NCBI GenBank assembly: GCA_016926735.1
Contig: JAFGOA010000017.1
Coordinates: 1 to 17,342, forward strand
Reading direction: 5' to 3'
Origin: Promethearchaeota archaeon
GTDB taxonomy: Archaea; Asgardarchaeota; Lokiarchaeia; Sigyniarchaeales; SOKP01
DNA length: 17,342 nt
Shown: piece by piece, positions 1 to 9,073 of the stretch
How positions within the stretch are numbered: position 1 is the stretch's first letter
How the letters are laid out: each line of letters starts with the position of its first letter
Notes under the pieces: generated by a model
Databases searched by the model: none
What the model was told of the DNA's origin: nothing
Seen by the model: the letters and a program-made list of their open reading frames with translations, nothing else
Made by a program: the position numbers and the translations under genes

Positions 1-897
1 TTGTGTGTTCCAATTTTGAGCAGCATCCTCTGCTTGTGTAAGATAAGTATTATCTCCTGTCTTCATATATAATAAGGTTGCTGTACAAGCAATTTCATCC
101 CAGAATCCACTCCAAGATTGATAAAAACCTCCAGCTACAGAATTATAATAATCGTCTGATTGCGCTGCTATAGCAAGATTATATAAATCTAAGGCATGTT
201 CTAGACATAATGCTGCATATGTAGGTTCAGAGTCTTCTAATATAATTGAAGTGATTGTCAGTGCTGCTGCTGTTGCTCCACATACTGCGGACCCTCCCTG
301 TGAAGTTGTTACTTTATAAGAAGGTCTACTCATTACATTCTCTAAAACTTCAACAGATCCCCACCAAGCATGATCAGCACCACCATCTCCAATTTGAAAA
401 TAAAATTCATTAGGAGTTGGATTACATTTTATGAAATAATCAGTTCCCCATTTAATCGCATCAATAGCTTCTTCTAATTGCCCTGATTTTTGAAACCCAG
501 ATTTGTATTCAAGGATACCAAGAGCAATAGTTAATACTGTTGATGCCATTGGTAAACCAAATTTTACATGATCACCTGCATCTAAATACCCTCCTGCGAG
601 ATCTAGTCCAACATCTACACCATCATTTAAACATGAATCATCTCTCCAGATAACAGGATTATCATCGGGCAGATCACCCGTTCTTTGTTGCAGATAGAAA
701 TAAATTGTTTTCTGTAAAGCAGCGGCATAATTATCTCTTGATTCTGCTGAAGGCGCCCATGAATTTTCTAAAGAAATAGGTTTTGAACCTTTTACAGAAT
801 CAAAATTAACATTTGATAAAAGAATTAGAACTCCAGAAAATACCAATAGAGTCAGAAGTAAAATACTTTTAGTTCTTAATATGTAATTTTTATTCAT
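1..897 (-). CDS. Glycoside hydrolase family 9 (endoglucanase/cellulase), secreted; 5' part only, runs off the left edge
   Basis: Manual translation from ATG at 897 (in-frame GTG at 906) is open to base 1: MNKNYILRTKSILLLTLLVFSGVLILLS (signal peptide/TM)...NYAAALQKTIYFYLQQRTGDLP...WRDDSCLNDG...DLAGGYLDAGDHVKFGLPMA...IKWGTDYFIK...QIGDGGADHAWWG...FYQSWSGFWDE. DAGDHVKF is the GH9 catalytic-base motif. Confidence 0.95.
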   Translation of the reverse strand, partial: MNKNYILRTKSILLLTLLVFSGVLILLSNVNFDSVKGSKPISLENSWAPSAESRDNYAAALQKTIYFYLQQRTGDLPDDNPVIWRDDSCLNDGVDVGLDLAGGYLDAGDHVKFGLPMASTVLTIALGILEYKSGFQKSGQLEEAIDAIKWGTDYFIKCNPTPNEFYFQIGDGGADHAWWGSVEVLENVMSRPSYKVTTSQGGSAVCGATAAALTITSIILEDSEPTYAALCLEHALDLYNLAIAAQSDDYYNSVAGGFYQSWSGFWDEIACTATLLYMKTGDNTYLTQAEDAAQNWNTQ

Positions 898-930
898 TTT
901 TTTCACATAGATATTTTTAAAATTATTTAT

Positions 931-1029
931 TTGATCAATTGTTAGATTTAATATCAGTTATGTTCATCAATTTAGAATTGATAATAGAAATCTTTATTTT
1001 CATGTAAGATTAGCTTAATTCTTGATCAA
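931..1029. promoter_or_regulatory. Two perfect TTGATCAA palindromes (931-938, 1022-1029) upstream of the GH9 gene; possible operator sites
   Basis: Seen directly; 1-mismatch copies at 963-970 (TTCATCAA) and 1199-1206 (TTGATCAT). Function is inference only. Confidence 0.25.
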
Positions 1030-1368
1030 ATGAATACAATACTTATAATATTCTAAGTGTCTTTTAAAAGAATATGGAGAAACTTTGAACTAATTATTAA
1101 TTTTTATTTATTTATTTTTTTTTCTCAAATATCTGATAGAATGATAATATTTATGATGGTATTATTAGATTAGGTTATCAAAATTATTCATTGCTATTTT
1201 GATCATGTTAAAAATTATTAATAATGGGAGATAAATGAAAAAATCAACTCTAATCAAAGAAATATATTTTTATATATAAATAAGAATACGAAAAATGAAA
1301 GTAATATGATAAGAATTAAAATACAAAAAATCTAAATATATTATAATTCATTTAAAGATGATTTATAA

Positions 1369-4300
1369 ATGCAAAATTTAAAAATAAATAAGATTACAGC
1401 AAAAATATTAATGATATTACTATTTTTCAATATAATTTCAAATTTAATTTTCAATCCACTAACATCTTTTAAAAATTCTGAGAAGAATGATTCAGAAAAT
1501 ATTTTGAGAATATCAACAGATAGCGGAGGAGGATATATTATGAATACTGATGCATCATATTCATGGATTGAAATTAATGAAACTGGAATATTAATGGATG
1601 AAATATCAGATGTTGATTCTACTGAATTTGAAAGCATTGAATTTTCTACATGGAACTTTACTTTTTATAATATGATATATGACAGACTTGATGTTAGTAA
1701 TAGGGGATTTATGATTTTTCCTGAAGATGACGGTGGATCATTTCCAATAGATATTCCAAATATATACTCTATAAATGAGGATTGTGTTGCTTTATTTGCA
1801 GATTGGATTGTGACCTCAGAGAGTGAAGGAGGCGGAGGAATGATATACTATCAATTTTTATCTTCCCCAAACAGGTTAGTTATTGAATATAAAGATGTAT
1901 ATAATTCAGACGATCCTGATTATGAATATGTTGGCTCTTTTGAAGTAATTTTTCTTGAATCAGGAGATATAAAATTTCAATATAAAAATATAGAGAATAT
2001 ATCTGAGGACCCAGTAGTAGTAGGATTAGACCATGGAGATACATTAAACTATAATTTTTATGATGGATTTAATCAAAGTGTTTTACCTTTAAGTGAACTA
2101 GCAATTGAATTTACATTTAATGAAATGATTGATTTTAACTATTCATTGAATTTAGCCATTGATGAGGAATATTCTTGGATTGTTACCACGATAAATTATG
2201 ATAAATTGGATTTATTATTTGGTACTTCATGGGAAGCTAAATATGGATTATTTCCTGATCCTATACGTGGACAAAAAACAAATATTACTATAACTTCAAT
2301 TGAAGAAGATTCTTCTAATTGGAAAATTAATTATACTATCTGGGATTGGCATCATAGATTTACAGAATCTTTATTATATGTTGATATGGTAGAGAATTCA
2401 ATAATCTATAATAAAAATCCTTCAGACTATAATCAAATACATAATCTGACAAACTTATTCCCTCTATTTCTTCCAACACCTTCATATTGGTATCTTAAAG
2501 GTGCTAATTTATCTCAATATTATACGCAAATTTTAAGAAATATAGAGACATCTCACTCATCAAGCATCTATTCTTATGATTATGAAGATATGGTAGAATT
2601 ATCCCATAAGAGAGATATAACAATCAGTAGTCATGATTTAAGTATTTATGAAAATGCTTTATATACATCTGAGGGAATATTGCATTCTCTTCATTTTAGT
2701 TATGCAAACCATACTGATTATAAAAATGATGGTATTGTTTTTTCGATGGAAATGGTTACACCACAACATTTAATAAACCATACTTTAGAAGCGGATGTAA
2801 ATAATGAATTTTCATGGATTGTAACTGATATTAATAGCAATAAATTGGATTTTTTCTATGGAACAGATTGGGGGAAATCAATTGGATTAATATCGAATCC
2901 AATAAAAGGTCAAAAAAATAAAATAAATGTTACTGATATGAATATAAATTCTACTCATATGGAAATACGTTATGATCAATGGGATTGGATAAATAGATTG
3001 GAGTCATTTTCAGAATCATATCTTCAAAGTAATACTACAGGTTATAAACGAGATCCATTTAATTATAGTGAATCTTATAATATACCTTCTAATTTTCTAC
3101 CATTTGTACCGAATTACGCAGATATTTACTTTAAATATTGCTATATGGGCGTACAAATGGATTATCCTGATCCCCCCGATATTGATGATGATGACCAATC
3201 AATTACAATATATCAATCCGAATGGAAAAATATAACAGGGCATATTATTACCATTACTAAAAGGTCAGAGTATAATTTATCTGGAGTTTTAGATGAATTC
3301 TCAATAAAATGGAGAAATGATACCTCTCATGAAAGTGAAATAATATTTCAGATGGAAAATGCTCTTCCTCTACTTAGCAGCGTTTCTCTGGGATTTGAAG
3401 TTAATGATGAATTTTCTTGGATCGTCTCTGAAGTTAATAATACTTTTTTGGAATCCTATTTAGGGTCAGATTGGGAAAATATATTTGGTTTACCTCTAAA
3501 TCCTACACAATATAGCAAAACCAAAATAAATATAACAAATATTGCTGAAAATGAAACATATTGGAAGGTAAATTATTCAATGTGGGATTGGATAGATCGT
3601 TCAAATGATTTTGATCCATTACCTGAAAACATTGATTCCTTGAATTTTAGAACTGAACCATTTAATTACACAAATCCACACAATTTTACTAACATTATAC
3701 CTTTATTTCTTCCTAATCCTACTGATTTATACGTTCAATATGGAAATCTTGATGATAGTCTATATTCATTTGGATCTGGGGGTATGAGTGGTCTTATATT
3801 TAACACTATTTTTGGCATGTATCTTAATCCATATGATAATAGCAAAACTCTATCATTCAGACTTGACAAAGATGATGATAGAATCTATGGATATGCTGAA
3901 TATAATTCACTTGGTTTTTTAAAACATTTTTATATAGAGAGTAGAGATCCATATACAGATGACCCAATTACAGTTTTTAGCATAATAAACTATTTTGAAG
4001 GACCAAAACCCTCATATGTTAAAATAAATGAAAGTGAGATTTATGAATATAATATTTATCTAAATGAGGAAATCGCACCAGAATATTTTATCGGTACAAA
4101 TTTTCCTGAAAAAATAATAATTTCAATTGAGTATATTGGTGGGAATGATCCATTAAATAACGAAACTACTATAATATATCATCTATCTTTTTTATGGAAT
4201 GGATCTATTGTATATTTTGGTTTAATATATAACATTCTTTGTCAAGATCTTACAGATAATAATCAGTTCTACAATATCAATAATTATTTTGTAAATCCAG

Positions 4301-4902
4301 ATACAGATTGGAGTCAAATTGAGTCAGTAATTGAACTTATACTTGATAATGAGGATTTTACTTTTGAAGCATTCAGTAATGGTTACCAATTTTCTATTAG
4401 TAGTGGAGATTATAATATTACAAGTGATTACCGATATACTTCTCAAGGAATATTGAATATAGCAACTATATCTATTAATGATCAAATACTTATGACATAT
4501 CAATTGAATACTTCTGAAATAATTGATGAAATTGATCCTGAATGGGTTATTACGCCTTCAGATCAAAAAATTAAATTTGGAGATAATTTTAATTATATTG
4601 TAGAGGCATTTGATGCATCTGGAATTCATCATTATGATATTAATGATACTGAGAATTTCAATATAGGTCAGAATACAGGTTTAATTACAAATACTATATC
4701 TCTTGCTGTTGGTGAATACTGGTTAGAAATATATGCATTTGATACTTATGGTAATAATTGTACTGCAATAATTAAAATAACTATAGAAGAGAAACCAAAA
4801 TCTAATATTCCTGGATATGAAATTATGACAATATTTACAGTAACATCAATTTCTTTGGTAATCCTCCTCTTAGTTAAAAAAAAAAAGGTAATTCCTAAGT
4901 AA
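1369..4902 (+). CDS. Large cell-surface glycoprotein: signal peptide, NIDO-like beta domain, three ~200-aa repeats, Ig/cadherin-like domain, Loki-CTERM-type anchor
   Basis: N-terminal hydrophobic segment; many N-x-S/T sequons; repeated E(Y/F)SWIV...G(T/S)xW...WDW...P; C-terminal NIPGYEIMTIFTVTSISLVILLLVKKKK. Domain names are by resemblance. Confidence 0.85.
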   Translation: MQNLKINKITAKILMILLFFNIISNLIFNPLTSFKNSEKNDSENILRISTDSGGGYIMNTDASYSWIEINETGILMDEISDVDSTEFESIEFSTWNFTFYNMIYDRLDVSNRGFMIFPEDDGGSFPIDIPNIYSINEDCVALFADWIVTSESEGGGGMIYYQFLSSPNRLVIEYKDVYNSDDPDYEYVGSFEVIFLESGDIKFQYKNIENISEDPVVVGLDHGDTLNYNFYDGFNQSVLPLSELAIEFTFNEMIDFNYSLNLAIDEEYSWIVTTINYDKLDLLFGTSWEAKYGLFPDPIRGQKTNITITSIEEDSSNWKINYTIWDWHHRFTESLLYVDMVENSIIYNKNPSDYNQIHNLTNLFPLFLPTPSYWYLKGANLSQYYTQILRNIETSHSSSIYSYDYEDMVELSHKRDITISSHDLSIYENALYTSEGILHSLHFSYANHTDYKNDGIVFSMEMVTPQHLINHTLEADVNNEFSWIVTDINSNKLDFFYGTDWGKSIGLISNPIKGQKNKINVTDMNINSTHMEIRYDQWDWINRLESFSESYLQSNTTGYKRDPFNYSESYNIPSNFLPFVPNYADIYFKYCYMGVQMDYPDPPDIDDDDQSITIYQSEWKNITGHIITITKRSEYNLSGVLDEFSIKWRNDTSHESEIIFQMENALPLLSSVSLGFEVNDEFSWIVSEVNNTFLESYLGSDWENIFGLPLNPTQYSKTKINITNIAENETYWKVNYSMWDWIDRSNDFDPLPENIDSLNFRTEPFNYTNPHNFTNIIPLFLPNPTDLYVQYGNLDDSLYSFGSGGMSGLIFNTIFGMYLNPYDNSKTLSFRLDKDDDRIYGYAEYNSLGFLKHFYIESRDPYTDDPITVFSIINYFEGPKPSYVKINESEIYEYNIYLNEEIAPEYFIGTNFPEKIIISIEYIGGNDPLNNETTIIYHLSFLWNGSIVYFGLIYNILCQDLTDNNQFYNINNYFVNPDTDWSQIESVIELILDNEDFTFEAFSNGYQFSISSGDYNITSDYRYTSQGILNIATISINDQILMTYQLNTSEIIDEIDPEWVITPSDQKIKFGDNFNYIVEAFDASGIHHYDINDTENFNIGQNTGLITNTISLAVGEYWLEIYAFDTYGNNCTAIIKITIEEKPKSNIPGYEIMTIFTVTSISLVILLLVKKKKVIPK
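2143..4010 (+). repeat. Three tandem intragenic protein repeats (~201-213 aa)
   Basis: The Trp of SWIV falls at 2176, 2815 and 3418 (spacings 639 and 603 nt). Shared motifs: SWIV, FGTSW/YGTDW/LGSDW, P..GQK, WDW, P.(D/N)Y, FPLFLP/LPFVP/IPLFLP. Boundaries approximate. Confidence 0.9.
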
Positions 4903-4904
4903 TA

Positions 4905-4914
4905 TTTTTTTTTT
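4905..4914 (+). terminator. Oligo-T tract, likely archaeal intrinsic terminator
   Basis: T10 immediately after the 4902 stop, between convergent genes. Confidence 0.5.
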
Positions 4915-4995
4915 CTCGTATACTATAATAAAAATATCTTTTTCTTTTTTTATATTGATTCATCGATAATAGAAATTATATAAATAGTCACATAA

Positions 4996-5958
4996 TTAAT
5001 TATAACTATCCGATTTTAGTGTCGTATTTGATCTAAAATGTAAAAAATCTCTAATTACGTACCCATCATTTTCAAATTTCAGAGCATGTAGTCCACAATT
5101 GCTTCCAATAAGATTCTCCTCCAACTCTCCAATACTAAGGATTGTCTCAAATCCAATATCTTTAAGAGAATCAATTATTTGTTTAACATATTTTAAATCA
5201 TTCAGATTAACAAAAGATTGAAATTGATTCTCAATAACAGATCGAGTTGGATTTAATGGTGTAAGTTTTATAATAAATTTCTTTGGATTAAATAATTCAC
5301 TAATAACATCTTTATCGATAGGATTATATTTATTAGCGGCGAAATTAAGTGTTATTTTTCTATCCTTTCCTATTATAAAATCTTCTCCATATTCAGCAAT
5401 TTCTTTTAAAGACCATTTAGGATAAGGAATAATTTGATCTCTTAATTTCTCATCAGTCGTATGTAATGAAAATTGCATCTGAAATTGATATTTTGAATAT
5501 ATAATATGTTTTATTTCCATTAATTCGGCCATAAATTCTTTTGCTTTCCTTGGAGCAATGGTGGAGATACAAGGTATTAAACCTGGTGCATCATATCTAT
5601 ATGGAAGTTGTTTCAATACCTCTAACACATTTGGATTTAATGTTGGTTCTCCCATTCTAGCAAATTGTATTTTAAATTTAGGAATAGAAATTTTTTTCTC
5701 AGGATATCTGTTTAAAACCATATAATCAATTTGATTAAATATATCATGTGTAGAAAGATTTCCCTTAAAATATTTTCCTGCATCGCAGATTGAGCATTTT
5801 ACAGGACATCCATACATTGTAGAAATAATTAAAACCCATTTTTCTTCTCTTGAATGTGGTGGTTGAATAGATTCTATAAATTCAAGATATTTATTTTCAA
5901 TTTCTCCAATATAAAGAATAGCTAATTCTTCATAACCATATTTTTTAACAATTTCCAT
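4996..5958 (-). CDS. RlmN/Cfr-like (class A) radical SAM protein
   Basis: ISTMYGCPVKCSICDAG (CxxxCxxC), ARMGEP (MGMGEP-like), FSLH and C-terminal GSNCGL (AACGQL-like). True RlmN activity is not assumed. Confidence 0.8.
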   Translation of the reverse strand: MEIVKKYGYEELAILYIGEIENKYLEFIESIQPPHSREEKWVLIISTMYGCPVKCSICDAGKYFKGNLSTHDIFNQIDYMVLNRYPEKKISIPKFKIQFARMGEPTLNPNVLEVLKQLPYRYDAPGLIPCISTIAPRKAKEFMAELMEIKHIIYSKYQFQMQFSLHTTDEKLRDQIIPYPKWSLKEIAEYGEDFIIGKDRKITLNFAANKYNPIDKDVISELFNPKKFIIKLTPLNPTRSVIENQFQSFVNLNDLKYVKQIIDSLKDIGFETILSIGELEENLIGSNCGLHALKFENDGYVIRDFLHFRSNTTLKSDSYN

Positions 5959-6211
5959 AATATACTCAATTTAAATAATAATTTCAAAAATATCAATAAT
6001 ATACTAATTAATTTTTACAATGGTATTTATTTTATTGAACCAGAAATTCTAATTACATATAAAATATCTCTATTTATAGAGATTTTAAATATTAAATTTA
6101 ATTAAATAAAGATTTATTCCTTCATAAGTCTAATTGCATAAAAATATAATTCTTAAAAAAAAGAAAGTTATTAATTAGAAAAATAATCGTGTTAACTTTA
6201 AATCTAATAAT

Positions 6212-6502
6212 TTATTTTCTCATTTTTGTCCATTTATTAAGATAGAAAAACCCTATAACAATTAGAGTAATTAGAACAATTCCTATAATTCCAGCTAAAT
6301 AATTATTTTCTATCCATGACAAGATAGGGGTCCAAATATCCCCTTCACCCTCATGACCAACATCTTCTAATACTCTTTCTAATCCATCAGGATTTTCTGA
6401 TAAAAATCCAAGACTATACCCTATACTCAACATTAAAATTAAAACTATAATAGTAGAAAAAAGAGTTATCAATGGCCATTTATATTCCTTTAATTTTTCC
6501 AT
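6212..6502 (-). CDS. PDGLE-domain membrane protein (NikN/CbiN-like accessory subunit of a Ni/Co ECF transporter)
   Basis: SENPDGLERV motif between two TM helices; starts 3 nt after cbiM. Confidence 0.9.
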   Translation of the reverse strand: MEKLKEYKWPLITLFSTIIVLILMLSIGYSLGFLSENPDGLERVLEDVGHEGEGDIWTPILSWIENNYLAGIIGIVLITLIVIGFFYLNKWTKMRK

Positions 6503-6505
6503 TCT

Positions 6506-7177
6506 TTAGTTCACTCCGAAAAATTTTTGAGTTGCTATAAAATTGGGTTTGGTTTTTAGTATATAATAAATTATTAACGCTGAGATCACTGCTTCTCCTA
6601 TTCCAATTATTGAATGCCAAATTACCATTGCCGGTACAACAAAATCATATGTACCAATTCCTGAAAGTACTAATTGTGTTCCGCATATCGCCGAAGCAAG
6701 TAATACAGATAAATATGCTCCTATTCCAGTAGATAAAGTTATATTAAGTGTATTATTCATTTTAGTTTTATTTAATATTTTTTTTAATCCAACAACAATG
6801 AAAAAACCAATAATTCCGCAAATAATCCCCATATTGAAGGTATTTGCGCTGAGTGCTAAAATTCCTCCATCTCCAAATGTTGTTTGAACTAGTAAAACCA
6901 AAAATAACACAAATAAAGATGCCCAAGGACCTAATATAACAGCCACCAACGTTCCTCCAATTAAGTGACCCGAAGTTCCTCCAGGAATAGGATAATTAAC
7001 AAATTGAAATGCAAAAATGACTGCTGCTAATACACCAATATAAGGAATATATTTTTCAGAATCTTCCGATTTAAAAATCGTTCCCATTTTAAAATATGCA
7101 ATAATAAACATGATAATGCATATTATCCAAAAAATTCCTAAAATAGTAGGGCTCAATAATCCATCACTTATGTGCAT
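6506..7177 (-). CDS. cbiM: Ni/Co ECF transporter S component CbiM/NikM
   Basis: MHISDGLL N-terminus and GGTSGHLIGG motif. Start moved from the track's TTG at 7186 to ATG at 7177, because this family binds metal via the free Met1 amine and His2. Confidence 0.93.
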   Translation of the reverse strand: MHISDGLLSPTILGIFWIICIIMFIIAYFKMGTIFKSEDSEKYIPYIGVLAAVIFAFQFVNYPIPGGTSGHLIGGTLVAVILGPWASLFVLFLVLLVQTTFGDGGILALSANTFNMGIICGIIGFFIVVGLKKILNKTKMNNTLNITLSTGIGAYLSVLLASAICGTQLVLSGIGTYDFVVPAMVIWHSIIGIGEAVISALIIYYILKTKPNFIATQKFFGVN

Positions 7178-7226
7178 AAAGATCAACTATACCAAATTTT
7201 AATCATTCATCGTATATTTTTATTAA

Positions 7227-7291
7227 TATGAATTATTTAAAATTTAGTATGATATTCTATAAGAATATTACTATTTTATAAAAAAGTATGA
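7227..7291. promoter_or_regulatory. Candidate NikR-type operator array in the divergent cbiM/cbiQ intergenic region
   Basis: GTATGA at 7247-7252 and 7286-7291 (E. coli NikR half-site); TATGA-N16-TATGA (7227/7248) and TATTA-N16-TATGA (7266/7287); inverted repeat ATATTCT-ata-AGAATAT at 7252-7268. The AT-rich background lowers confidence. Confidence 0.4.
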
Positions 7292-7450
7292 ATACCTCTT
7301 ATCTTTAATATAGTTATATATAGATTGTTTTTTTTTTTTAAAATTAGGAAATTCAGATATTAAATAAATAAAAGTAAATCTTATATTGGGCTATTAATTC
7401 CAAATCAAGAAATATTATTATATTTAACCAAATTATAAATAAAGATATAA

Positions 7451-8254
7451 ATGGAATCATTCCTACCATTTAGACATGAAAATGAGTACACTTATTTATC
7501 AGAAATTCATCCTACAGTTCGATTCATTATTCCCTTTATTTTAATTATTCCGTTTTTAATAATTAAAGATATATATCTTACAATTACAATTCTTTTTATT
7601 AATTTATTGCTTTTATTTATATTCCAGTTGAAATTAAAAAGAATTCTCTTAAGAATCAAGAAAATTTTTATTTTAATTATAATATTAGTTATTTTTTTAC
7701 CCCTATACTTAGGGAAAACCATCCTTTTTCAATTAAATATTGGTGTAATTATAAATATTTATAAAGAAGGGTTTGATTTGGCAATTCTTCTATTTTTACG
7801 AATTTTTTCATCTATTTTTATATTTATGACTTTTTTTTCTTCTTTAACCTATTCGGAATTTATAGAAGCAATAACTAAACTACGGGTTCCCTTGATTTTT
7901 ACTGGTTCTCTAATTATATTATTGCATTATATTCCGATATTAGCATATTCAAATAGACGAATTTTAAGTGCCCAAGAATTAAGAGGAAAAAAAATTACAT
8001 CTTATTGGTTAAAATTAAAAACTCATGCATTTATTTTGGGAAAAACAATTCTGATAAATATGGATCGTAGTGAACAATTATATGAAAGTCTTAAAATGAG
8101 AGGATTTTCTGGAAAAATAACATTTATTCCCAAACGTATTAAATTTCTGGATATTTTAATTCTGTTTGGATTTTTGTTTTTGATTTTTCTTTTGGTGTAT
8201 TTTATTAATTTAAAAGAATTATATTTAGGAGTTGCAGATATATTAAATCTATAG
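7451..8254 (+). CDS. cbiQ: ECF transporter transmembrane T component CbiQ/NikQ
   Basis: IHP.VR N-terminus, multiple TM helices, AQELRG and SLKMRGF coupling-helix motifs. Confidence 0.92.
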   Translation: MESFLPFRHENEYTYLSEIHPTVRFIIPFILIIPFLIIKDIYLTITILFINLLLLFIFQLKLKRILLRIKKIFILIIILVIFLPLYLGKTILFQLNIGVIINIYKEGFDLAILLFLRIFSSIFIFMTFFSSLTYSEFIEAITKLRVPLIFTGSLIILLHYIPILAYSNRRILSAQELRGKKITSYWLKLKTHAFILGKTILINMDRSEQLYESLKMRGFSGKITFIPKRIKFLDILILFGFLFLIFLLVYFINLKELYLGVADILNL

Positions 8255-9000
8255 AGGTAAAAGAATTAGAATTTTCATATAATACAGACTTTTCTATAAA
8301 TAATATCTCATTTAATATTGAAAATAACTCTATTTTTGCACTTTTAGGTAATAATGGTTCCGGAAAAACAACACTACTGAGGTTATTAGTTGGGCTTTTA
8401 AAACCAAGTTCAGGTGAAATAAGAATATTTGGTGAGACATTAACAAGAGATAAAACAAAACTATGGAACATAAGAAAAAAAATTGGATTTTTATTTCAGA
8501 ATCCAGATGATCAACTCTTTGCTCCAACAATTCAAGAAGATATTGGTTTTGGTGCTCGTAATCTTAAATTAGATGAAGATGAAGTTATGAAAAGGGTCGA
8601 TTGGGCGCTTCAATCTGTTAATTTATTAGAATATAGGAATTATTCACCATTCAACCTATCTTGGGGACAAAAGAAAAGAGCAGCTTTAGCAGGATTATTA
8701 GTTATGAAACCAAAATTATTGATTTTAGATGAACCTTTTGCAAATCTCGATTTTAAATCCATTTATAAGCATTTAGAGATAATCGAAAAGCTAAGAAAGG
8801 AGGAGAAAATGACAATATTATTTACATCTCATAATTTATTCTTTATAGAACATTGGGCGGATGAGATATTGGTATTAGATAAAGGCAATGCAATTTATAG
8901 TGGTAACTGCACAGAAGGATTAAATAATTTAAAAGTTCGAGATTTAATTGGTTCATTCGATGAAATCCGTGATCTCATACTTAAAAATAAATCGAAATAA
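8242..9000 (+). CDS. cbiO: ECF transporter ATPase CbiO/NikO (full length; probable non-canonical ATT start)
   Basis: The frame of the 8587 ORF is open back to TAA at 8206-8208 and encodes IKSIEVKELEFSY...GNNGSGKTT (Walker A)...FQNPDDQ (Q-loop), then LSWGQKKR and LLILDEP. No ATG/GTG/TTG lies upstream of Walker A. AGGAG at 8227-8231 precedes ATT at 8242. The start position is uncertain. Confidence 0.9.
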   Translation: MKSIEVKELEFSYNTDFSINNISFNIENNSIFALLGNNGSGKTTLLRLLVGLLKPSSGEIRIFGETLTRDKTKLWNIRKKIGFLFQNPDDQLFAPTIQEDIGFGARNLKLDEDEVMKRVDWALQSVNLLEYRNYSPFNLSWGQKKRAALAGLLVMKPKLLILDEPFANLDFKSIYKHLEIIEKLRKEEKMTILFTSHNLFFIEHWADEILVLDKGNAIYSGNCTEGLNNLKVRDLIGSFDEIRDLILKNKSK

Positions 9001-9073
9001 AATACTTTATAATTTCTTATTTTTATTAGTATTTCAATAAGATATATAGTAAATAAAAAAGTATTCACAGAAA

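Noticed and set aside
1341-1637. 98-aa minus-strand ORF
   Set aside because: Antisense shadow of the 1177-aa surface protein.
6066-6083. Inverted repeat ATCTCTAT-tt-ATAGAGAT upstream of the radical SAM gene
   Set aside because: A single AT-rich 8-bp palindrome with no second copy noticed; could be an operator but cannot be supported.
7507-7722. 71-aa minus-strand ORF
   Set aside because: Antisense shadow of cbiQ.
8205-8530. Two minus-strand ORFs (88 aa and 66 aa)
   Set aside because: Antisense to the real 5' half of cbiO (Walker A, Q-loop).
8587-9000. 137-aa ATPase as a truncated gene or pseudogene
   Set aside because: The frame continues upstream without stops and contains Walker A; only the start codon is atypical.
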